Below, in pieces: positions 9,151-19,076 of a DNA stretch of 32,000 nt (its first letter is position 1; every line of letters begins with the position of its first letter). Origin of the DNA: Wallemia ichthyophaga EXF-994 (taxonomy: Eukaryota > Fungi > Basidiomycota); contig NW_008806274.1 of NCBI RefSeq assembly GCF_000400465.1, forward strand, positions 630,244 to 662,243, written 5' to 3'. The position numbers and the translations under genes are program-made. The notes beneath the pieces are model-generated. The model did not search any database, was not told where the DNA came from, and saw only the letters and a list, made by a program, of their open reading frames with translations.

Positions 9151-10375
9151 ATGGACACCAATAACTTCAAAGTGACCAGTTCACGCTACAAAATACACAC
9201 GGCGGAAGAATTCCCAGAGTTACGCAATGATCTTATTCTTCAAGCTGCTAGGGGTGAGTGGAGTGTAGGTATCCACACACACGCACTCACACACACCCAG
9301 GCAAGAAGACAGCCCGAGCCCCAACATGGATAATGAGGCAAGCGGGGCGTTATTTACCTGGTGAATACATGATTATATACACCACTGACACCTCTAAATC
9401 CCCTCAGAATTCAGAAAACTGCGCGAAAGCCACTCATTCTTTGAAATCTGTCAAACGCCTCAACTAGCATGCGAGATAACGATGCAGCCGATATTGCGTT
9501 ATGAGGGATTATTAGATGCGTCAATAATCTTCTCGGACATACTAGTAATTCCACAGGCATTAGGTATGGAAGTGCAGATGTTACCAGCCCAAGGGCCTCA
9601 TTTCCCCGCGCCGCTAGAGTCGCCTGAAGACATAGGGCGATTGCACAAACACGTCGACGTTGACGAGGAGCTATCGTATGTATTCCGTGCGATAACGCTG
9701 ACGCGCCACGCTCTATCTGGCCGCGTCCCACTGATCGGGTTTGCCGGTGCGCCGTGGACGCTATTTGCATATATGGTAGAAGGCGGCGGAAGTAAGACGT
9801 TTGCGCGTGCCAAGCGGTGGTTGTTCGACTGGCCCGAGGCGAGCGATGGTGTGCTCGAGCGCATAACGGCCGTGCTCATCCCCTATCTCGTCGGGCAGGT
9901 GCGTGCGGGTGCGCAGCTCCTGCAGGTGTTCGATAGCTGGGCTAGTGAGCTGTCTCACCACCACTACGTCCGCTTTGCTCTGCCCGCTCTGCGTAGAGTT
10001 AAGGAGGGCGTACATGCACAGTGTAACGCTGAAGGTATTACCACTCCCCCGCTCATCGTCTTCGCGAAGAACGTCACTCATACTGTCCTCCCACTCCTCG
10101 AAGAAATCGGCTTCGACGTCGTCGGGCTCGATTGGACTACAGCGCCAAGCGAAGTCAGCAACCGCACTAGCGCTGTACAGGGCAATTTCGATCCAAGTAT
10201 TCTATACGCCTCCGATGAGGCTATTAGGAGCGAAGTTAAAACTGTCGCTAATATGTTCAAACATAGGAACACCCCCGGTTGGATATCTAATCTTGGTCAC
10301 GGCATCACGCCAGGCGTCAAGCCAGAGAGTGTGAGAGTGTTCCTTGAGGCTGTACAGGAGTGTAGCAGGGAATGA
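9151..10375 (+). CDS. HEM12: Uroporphyrinogen decarboxylase; introns 9254..9300 and about 9361..9407
   Basis: LRNDLILQAARG|KKTARAPTWIMRQAGRYLP|EFRK, IIFSDILVIPQALG, LIGFAGAPWTL..YMVEGG, QVFDSW, NLGHGITP. Confidence 0.96.
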
Positions 10376-10437
10376 ATATTTTAATTTGTATCAAGTTTAA
10401 TGTCAAGTATACATCATCATAACGAATATAACGTAAT

Positions 10438-10968
10438 ATGGTCGTATATGCGCTTTATATATTTAACAAGTGGGTGCGTCGTGTGTGAGAGAAATTAATG
10501 GCTAATTGTAATTTGTTAACTCTTCAGACACTCGCGCTGCGTGCACAGGCAGAAATGGGAGCACAACCGGCAGCCAGCCAAGGAGCTGAGTGAGGAAGAG
10601 GAGGAGAAGCTAATATACGGGGTAGTGTTCTCGCTCAAGGGGCTAGTAAAGAAGGTGGCTGGGAAGTGAGTTTGAATAACATTCCAATTGGCCAGCCAGC
10701 CAGCTCACACAGCTACAGCGACAGTGAACAATTCCAAAGCATAAAAACGAGTAAATACAGACTACACGTGTTTGAATCACAGAGTAATTTCAAATTTATT
10801 CTGATGACTGATCAAAATACGACGGGAATGGCTAGCCACCTTCACGCTATCTACGCGGGGCCATTCAACGGCGCAGTCGTGCGTAATCCACTTGTAGGGG
10901 TGGATGGAGTGGTGACGAATGATAAGCTGTGCAAGGGAATCGAGGGGGTGCTAAGGGGTTTAAAGTAG
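10438..10968 (+). CDS. BET5: TRAPP complex subunit Bet5/TRAPPC1 (sybindin-like); introns 10470..10527 and 10666..10712
   Basis: MVVYALYIFNK|HSRCVH..EEEEKLIYGVVFSLKGLVKKV|..TSKYRLHVFESQSNFKFILMTD..VVRNPL. Confidence 0.88.
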
Positions 10969-10993
10969 ATGAATGAATACATGATAATACACA

Positions 10994-11470
10994 CTACAAA
11001 CGCCTCTTGAGTTGCATTTCGTGGTGGATATCGAGTGTAGGCGTGGATGGCTTATCGACGACTGAGTGTACATCAGCGAAAGTGATTTGCTCGTCGACGC
11101 CGTCAAGAACGTCTTTCTGGAGGTTACGTGGCTGCTGCAACGCAGGCATGCTCACATCCTCAGAAACCAGCTTCCTCTCCATCATTTTACGCATTGGTGT
11201 GCCTAAACCGTAAGTGTTTCTCTCGAGCTTGAGTTTGAGCATGGATTGGTGGTTATACCAGCCATCGAGACGCGATTCGAGGGGATGCTTAGGTGGCGAG
11301 TGTACCTGCGACCACTCCAAGCCATTCCTAAGCTTGTCTGGTATATTGTACTCAGCGTGTAGCTTGTCTGCAGGGATGGCTGTGGCATGCGATTGAGGTG
11401 GAATTAATTGAATGTTATTTGACTGTGGATTGTAAATAATAGCACTCCCCTAATCCTACTCCCTCACCAT
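10994..11470 (-). CDS. UMP1: Proteasome maturation factor Ump1/POMP; the first coding exon is the ATG only, intron 11423..11467
   Basis: DKLRNGL..KHPLESRL..RNTYGLGTPMRKMMERKLVS..DVLDGVDEQI..DIHHEMQLK. ATG|GTGAGG..CACAG restores the frame to MSNNIQLIPP. Confidence 0.88.
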
Positions 11471-11555
11471 TTCAAATTTAAATTTCTTTTGAGCGTCGCT
11501 GAATGACGAAAGCGCCTGCAACTTTGCTCGTTTATCTCGAACAACGACATTCAAA

Positions 11556-13390
11556 ATGGACAAGGCGGGGATTATCCAGCTAGAGAAGAAGCGCAAGAGG
11601 AATCAGAAGAGGCAGGATGATCACAAGGAGGATCACAAGGAGGAACACAAGGAAGAACACAAGGAAGAAGACATGGAAGACATGGAAAACACCTCCACAA
11701 CTCTCCCTGATCTCCCCCCTACATCCTCCGACTACCAGGAACTCTCCCCCGAGCAATTCCACTTCGACTCGCTCGATCTCACTCCCGGCACTCGCAACGC
11801 AATCAACGACCTCGGCTTCAAATCCATGACTCAGGTACAGGCAAAGACTATCCCTCCCCTTATGGCTGGTAGGGATGTCCTTGGTGCTGCCCACACCGGT
11901 TCTGGCAAAACTTTAGCCTTCCTCATCCCCGCTATTGAAATGTTATCAAGACTTCACTTTAAACCGAGAAATGGTGGGTGATGAATGCTTCATATACCCT
12001 CTACTAATACCACACAGGCACCGGCGCTATCGTCATCTCTCCTACTCGCGAATTGGCCCTGCAGATCTTCGGTGTCGCAAAAGAAATAATGAAAAATCAC
12101 AACCAAACGTTTGGTATTATCATGGGTGGCGCTAACCGCAAAGCTGAGGCCGACAAGCTCCAGAAAGGTGTAAATCTTATCATCGCTACCCCCGGTCGTC
12201 TCCTCGATCACCTTCAAAACACTAAAGGTTTCGTCTTCTCTAACATGAAATCTCTCATCATAGATGAGGCTGACAGAATTTTGGAAATTGGTTTCGAAGA
12301 AGAAATGAGACAGATTGTTAAAATTCTCCCAACTGAAAACAGACAGACTATGCTCTTCTCTGCTACGCAAACTACTAAAGTTACTGATCTCGCTAGAGTC
12401 TCCCTTAGACAGGGTCCTCTTTATATCAACGTTCATGAGGAGAAATCGGCTGCAACCAACGAGCAGCTTGAACAGGGCTATGTTGTTTGTGAATCTGATG
12501 CGAGATTCCTCCTTTTATTCACCTTTTTAAAGAAGAATCTCAAGAAAAAGGTTATTGTCTTCTTTAGTAGCTGCAACAGCGTTAAGTATCATGGAGAATT
12601 GCTCAACTACATTGACATTCCAGTACTAGATTTGCACGGCAAACAAAAACAACAAAAGCGCACAAACACATTTTTCGAATTCTGCAACGCTCCAACTGGT
12701 ATTTTGCTATGCACAGATGTCGCAGCGCGTGGATTAGATATACCTGCCGTTGATTGGATTATTCAATTCGATCCACCAGACGATCCAAGAGATTACATTC
12801 ACAGAGTTGGTAGAACTGCTAGAGCAGGCAAGGCTGGTAAATCTCTCCTATTCCTTCTGCCCACTGAGCTTGGCTTTTTGAGATTCCTGAAAACAGCAAA
12901 GGTCCCTCTCAATGAGTATAGCTTCCCTAAGGAGAAGATAGCCAATGTACAAACGCAGTTGGAGAAACTGATCAACAAGAATTACTACTTGCATCAGTCG
13001 GCTAAAGATGGTTATAGGTCGTATCTTCAATCATACGCTTCGTACTCACTCAAGAAGATATTCGATGTGAATAAGTTGGACCTCAACAAGGTGGCTAAAG
13101 CTTTCGGATTCTCTGTACCACCAAAGGTGAATGTATCGATTGGAACCAACCTCAAGTCGTCCAAGGAGAGCGTAGGCAAGAAGGGCAAGGGTATGGATAG
13201 ATTGGATGACTCAGAGTTGGCCGCTATACAGGATGCACAATCTGACAATCCAGACCAAGATGATCAAGAGGATGAAAAACCAAAGAAGAGGAGATCAAAC
13301 AAGACTGGCGAGTATAATAAGCAGGGCGTTGATAAAGGTGCATACAGACAGAAACAACACAGCAAGAATGGATCGCAGTGGAGTCGCTAA
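11556..13390 (+). CDS. HAS1: DEAD-box RNA helicase Has1/DDX18; intron 11974..12017
   Basis: [50 protein letters not shown]. Confidence 0.96.
11619..11687 (+). repeat. 12-bp coding tandem repeat in the HAS1 N-terminus (DHKE/EHKE x4, then EDME)
   Basis: gatcacaaggag x2, gaacacaaggaa x2, gaagacatggaa, gacatggaa, read directly from the sequence. Confidence 0.85.
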
Positions 13391-13472
13391 TTGAGGAGCT
13401 TTATGAGTCTATACAAGTAGGCTATAAAAATATTACAAAGCAAAAATGCAAACATGGCAAACAAATAAAACC

Positions 13473-13885
13473 TCAGAAAGCAAATGAAACTGCCTTCTTC
13501 TTCTTGGGTACCTCGTTCTGATTGATAGATTTGTTATTATTACTTATATTTATATTCTTGTTCATTTTATTGAGACGCTTCTTAGTCTTGCGTAGTTTGG
13601 CACGCTGTTCGAGTTCCTGAGTCTTGTCAAGCACTGCACGACTGTGGCTCGAGTTGTGCGAGGCTGAAGACTTTTCTTTTTTATTATGTTCTTGCTTTTG
13701 TTGTGTATCTTGTGCTTTCTTTTTCTGATATGTGTGTTAGAGAGCTGTAGGTAGTATACGCCACACTAAGCACACACAGCTTTCAAGAATTTATCCGAAG
13801 ACGCTTTATCAGATTGATTGGATACCAATGCAGCCAAGTCATTCAACGCAGATGCGTCCTTGACGAATTTCTTTTTCGACACCAT
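13473..13885 (-). CDS. LOC1: Loc1-like 60S biogenesis/RNA-localisation protein; intron 13725..13777; not in the ORF track
   Basis: Spliced product is MVSKKKFVKDASALNDLAALVSNQSDKASSDKFLKA|KKKAQ..RAKLRKTKKRLNK..PKKKKAVSFAF*. The KKFV..L..L start and KKxVSFA end resemble Loc1. The protein is highly basic. Confidence 0.65.
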
Positions 13886-13916
13886 CGCCGTCGTGTTGGA
13901 GAAGCCACCACGAATT

Positions 13917-14978
13917 ATGTCACGTAGTATACCATTAACGTGTTCTGGACAGTGCGTGTATCTGTATCATACAACGCCCAGCCCGACTCACCCACGCAGC
14001 ACGCGTCCAGTTGTCCAATTGCAATTCTCCGCACTTCAGCCAGACAATACATTTTGTCTGATAAGTTCGTGTAAAGAGTGCGTCAGCGTGTTTTCATGTT
14101 AGAATTCTCCGTTTAAGCGTATTCACAGCGGCAATCCGATGCTTCGCGACGGGGGCACTGGTGACTGGATAGGTACATTCTTAGGACACAAAGGGGCAGT
14201 GTGGTCAGCCAAACTAAGTCTCGACACCGCGCTCGCTGTCACTGCGTCTGCAGATTTCAGCGCCAAGGTCTGGGACAGCTATACAGGGACGTGCTTGCAC
14301 ACTCTCCCGCACAACCACATCGTACGCTCTGCGGCTATCTCGCCAGATGGGCTGCGCGTGCTTACCGGGGGCAATGAACGTCTATTGAGGCTATTTCATT
14401 TGGGTGATATCGATAACGTCACCACGCTGGAATCTAGTACGGGCGACGTGCACGCGCATTCAACCACCATAAAATCGGTTCTATGGCAAGATACAGCGCA
14501 TGCCATCAGTGGGTCTGAAGATGGCGAGATAAAGTGGTGGACGCTTTCCAACTCGGACAAGGACTACACAGAATGCACAAAGACAATCCAACTCGATCAT
14601 CCACTCAGCTTCTTGGAGTGGTCGGCCAATGGCCATATAATGATCGCTATTGCAGCTAACGACGTCTATTTCTTCGACACACACTCTCCAGGCAGCTTGC
14701 TTAAATGTCTCACTCTCCCTCATAAACCATCCTGCGCATCTATCCACCCAATAACCCGCGATAGGTTCGTCGTCGGCTTGGCTGACGATACCTGGGTGAG
14801 GATTTACGATTACAACAGCGCCCAGGAACTCGACTGCTTCAAGGGCCATCATGGCCCCGTTCACGCTGTCGAGTTTAGTCCTGATGGAGAATACTTTGCG
14901 TCTGGCTCCGAAGACGGCACTATAAGAATGTGGCAGAATACCCCCGGTCGTGCGTATGGTTTGTGGAATGGATGCTGA
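13917..14978 (+). CDS. STRAP: WD40 protein STRAP/UNRIP (serine-threonine kinase receptor-associated); introns 13952..13999 and about 14078..14127
   Basis: MSRSIPLTCSGH|TRPVV..LISSCK|..PMLRDG.TGDWIGTFLGHKGAVW..GHHGPVHAVEFSPDGEYFASGSEDGTIRMW. Confidence 0.9.
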
Positions 14979-15082
14979 TTTAAAGTGTTATTTTATACTG
15001 TGTATCTCATATCTTACATGACATTTGATATCTTATTCCCCTTTTGCGTCCTCCGCTATTCTTGTTCCCAAACTTCCAACTG

Positions 15083-17063
15083 ATGCTACGCCGATTTCCA
15101 TTGCGCGTACAACCACGCACACTCACACCACTTACACACAATTTGGCCCTCCGTGGCAGCTTGGTTGCGTCTCGCTCAGCGCCTCCTCTCTCGCTGCTCA
15201 AACAACAGCCACTGTCCACGCCTGCAACCGCACTGAGGCTCTACTCCACCAACAGCACAGAGAAAGAGAAGAAGCATAAGGACGATAAGGACTCGAAAGC
15301 AATCACCACTGATCCTCTCTCCACGAGAGTTTGGTCGAAAGTTAAGCACGAAGCTCAGCATTACTGGCATGGCTCCAAGTTGTTAGCCAAGGAAATCAGA
15401 ATTTCCGCTAGATTGCAGATTAGATTGCTTAGGGGAAAGAAACTCACACGTAGAGAAAGACGCCAGTTGAAACGCACGACTTCAGACCTTCTCAGGTTAA
15501 TCCCATTCGTACCATTCGTTCTTATCCCTTTCATGGAACTCTTCCTCCCCGTTGCTCTCAAGCTCTTCCCTAATATGCTCCCATCTACTTTCGAAGACAA
15601 GTTCGCTGCTGATGAGAAGAAGAGGAAGTTGTTGAGAGTGCGTCTCGAAATGGCAAAGTTCTTGCAGGAAACTATCAAAGAGTCTGGTATTAGAGCTTCT
15701 GAATCCGTTACTGGTAGTGATGAGTTTAAGGAGTTCTTTAGGAAGGTTGGTGTCGAGGTATTATACACTATTTCACTCATTTACACACATGGTGCAGATT
15801 AGAACTACCGGTGAACACCCTTCTCATAGCGATGTAGTAAAGGTAGCTAGACTGTTCAATAACGATCTCACCTTGGACAACCTCAGTCGACCACAGCTCG
15901 TCTCAATGTGTCGTTACATGAATATTAACGCTTTTGGTACCGACAACTACCTCAGAGGTCACATTAGAAGGCGATTAGAACACCTCAAGAGAGATGATGT
16001 TCTCATTAAATCTGAAAATGTTGACTCACTTTCTACTTCAGAGTTGCAACATGCTTGTCAATCGAGAGGTATCAGAGTTGCAACGCACTCAAATGCAAGA
16101 TTACGTGATGATTTAAGTCAATGGGTTGAGTTGCACACTACACAAGAAATATCTGGTGTTCTTTTGGTCCTATCCAAGGCATTCAACTTTGCTCATTTAG
16201 AAGACTCTGTTATCGCTTCTTTGGAAGCAACGCTCTGTAGTCTTCCAGATGTTCTTCTCAATGAAGCTGAATTAGAAGTGAGTGACGAAGCAACGTACAA
16301 GCAGAAGCTGGATGTGTTGCAAGAACAAGAAGAACTCATTGAAGATGAAGCTGAGCAAGAGCAGAAGGAAGTTGAAGCTAGACAGGCTCAAAAGGAAGCT
16401 GAGAAGGCTAAGAAAGGTGAGGAGTTAGAGAAAGCTAGAAATCTCCTACCTGATCAAGAAACCGATAAACAACACGAGGATGACATTCGCATGACGCCTG
16501 AACAGCTCGGGGAATTGGGTCAGGCTCTTAACATTCTTTCTGCTAAATCATCAGTTCTCAAGGAAAGAGTTGAGTTAGAAACCCTAGTTGAACAAACTCG
16601 CGACGCTGAAAGACAGGCTGAGGAAGCTCAAGCTGGTTTACCTCAAGAGGAGAAGAAGGTAGATAAGACGAATGAGAATGTTAAGAAACAAGTCAAATCC
16701 ATGATCAATAAGATTGATAGTCAATTATCAGATTACGACGAAAAAGTCGGTACACAACTCAATCTAATTCAAGTGAACAACCTTGGTCAGATTTCTATTC
16801 ACGATTTGAAGCAAGCATTGAGAGTGATTAAGCACTCACCAGATGAAGAACATATCGATACAATAGTGCACAAATTAGACGTAGACAAGGATGGACTCGT
16901 TATGCTCGACGATGTCGTTGAATTGGCTCAAGAGGAAGGTCTTGGTACTGTGCTTGACGACTCTTCCCAAAAGATTGTCGATCAAGGTAGCGAAATTAGA
17001 GGTAATGACAAAAATAATGAGTCTTCAAAGAAGATCAAGAAGGAGGAAATTGTGCAGCATTAA
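15083..17063 (+). CDS. MDM38: LETM1/Mdm38 mitochondrial inner-membrane protein with a C-terminal EF-hand; intron 15746..15797
   Basis: KVKHEAQHYWHGSKLL..LTRRERRQLKRTTSDLLRLIPF..FMELFLPVALKLFPNMLPSTFE, LTLDNLSRPQLVSMC, LQHACQSRG. Confidence 0.94.
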
Positions 17064-17227
17064 CGAATAATTTAATGATTTGATGCATAGGAAAAGGAAG
17101 TCGACGCTCGTTATTTACTTTTTTATTATTACAAGTATCAATAAACAACTATAAGTATAACACGTGGTACATCTTTAACTTAGATAGATTGCGCGAGTTG
17201 TGCAAATGCGAGAAATTGAAATTGAAA

Positions 17228-18784
17228 TCACAGCATTCTCTTGCTTGCTAATTGCGAAGATCCAGATGTTAAATCATCATCATGAGAGAAGCTGCTCTTC
17301 CTATCATCGCTATGATTCGACACGCCCGAGATAGCATCAGCTTTGTTAAAACCACTTCTCGTAACCCTGGACGGTGCCCTGCTGATACTTTTGGCTATAT
17401 CTTTGGCCTTTTGAGATGCTTTCGATTTTGACGATTTGTTTGACTTGATACTAGGCGCTGTCTCGGATGTATGAACTTGCGTTAGCGTTTGTGTAGCTGG
17501 TAAAATTTCACTCTCTAGCTTCGTGTGCAGATGCGCTTGTGGTGATCTGCTAGAAGTACCGTTTTCTTTAGCTGTGTGCGGAGATGTTTGCAACTTTGAT
17601 GCCTTGCCAACATGATCATCCTCCACTTTTTGCTTATACATCGCCGATGCTTCCGTATTGTCAATATCAACTCGATCAACTACTATTCCTTCCACGGCAG
17701 GGACTTTAGTTGTCTCAAAGTGTAATTGTTCACCTTGAGGACTAATTTCATTCAAAAATAATTGTTCATTTGGAAGAATGGATTTCTCCATGTGCACCTC
17801 CCCAGCTAGAAGCTTAGTTGTCTTGAGGTGCACTTGCTCATCTGGAAGACTCGATCTCTCTTTGCAGATCTCCTCATCTAAAAGAACCATGTTGTCGCTG
17901 GCTGGAGTATTAAACTCATCCTGTCCATCTTGATCAGCACCAAATGAAGCTTCTGCTAAATGAGATTTGGTGATTGTGGATTGCACAGGCCTGAATAGTA
18001 AAAACGAAAGTTATAAATCGCGGTATTAATTAGAGCTGTTTATCTTACAATTCGCTTTTATCAATATCCAAACCAAGAGCATTGTCTTGCTGGTTGAGGG
18101 GAGATCTAGGGCTCGATTTTGCTGAACGTACTGAGGATTTATTAGATGTCGTACCTGTATTAGATTCAGGTACAAGTAATTTGGAGTAATCGGTCTGAAG
18201 TTGATTTAGAGGGTGAGGGTGAGATGATAGGCGGAACTTACGGATTTGTTGTCTAATTGCCATTCCGATGGATTAGTGGATTGCATATCCACGTTAGTCG
18301 TTGAGATTGGTTTATTTAACATGTGAAAGAGGAACCCAGCAGTGGAAAGTAGCCATAGCAACGCTGAGACTAGGAGTACGTGCTGAAATCTAGTTTTTTG
18401 GAGTAAATCACCCAACTTATCTTGATTTTGTTGATATAACAGGCTAACCAAGTTGTACTTGTATATTCTAGCGTAATAATATCCAACTCTAACCAAATCA
18501 ATCAGTAAGGTTGCACTGTTTGCTTCCTTAATTGATACCGAAGGTGGTGATTCTAATATTGGTGTTGTTGATGCTGATATCAACTTTCTGAGGTGATCAA
18601 CTGAGCTGCCGATGTTGTACTGGAATCGATCATCCAAAACTTGAACCAATGGGATTGTCTGGTTCGTATTAGAGTCTGGAGCTACGTAACATCCATCAAA
18701 CTCACTCCGAATCCTAGAAGCAACGCCAGCAACGAAACTGCAATGCCGGTCAAAATCATCGTTCAGAAAGAGAGAGTGGAGCAT
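17228..18784 (-). CDS. Hypothetical multi-exon protein (globular-looking N-terminal block, possible TM helix, long S/E/K-rich disordered tail); 5' end unresolved
   Basis: ORFs 18206..18784, 18045..18263 and 17228..17986 join in frame through introns 18253..18320 (weak GTTAAA donor) and 17991..18048 (GTAAGA..CAG). I do not recognise the family. Confidence 0.5.
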
Positions 18785-19076
18785 CGGAGAATGAATCGTG
18801 TGGGAATGAATTCAAATTAATATAAAATGTCAATAAACTCGCGTTTATATTCAAATTCGCGTGTATTTTTGAGAACATCTTGTCGAAATCCCCTGAACAG
18901 GCTTTGCTCATTTCTCCACCTATCCGCTGCTCTTTGAATGTGCGGTATTTTTTCATACAAACACAACTGCGTGTACGAAAGAATACCAGATTCTGAATAG
19001 TTTATTTCCACAACCTTCGAGAACCTCCGATTGGATTGATATAGATGACGGCACCTTCTTCAATCTTACCATTCAA

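Noticed and set aside
13806-16733. Extra ATCWGATAA matches at 13806..13814 (LOC1 CDS) and 16725..16733 (MDM38 CDS)
   Set aside because: They lie inside coding exons and are explained by codons and chance. They are recorded as background for the sreA finding.
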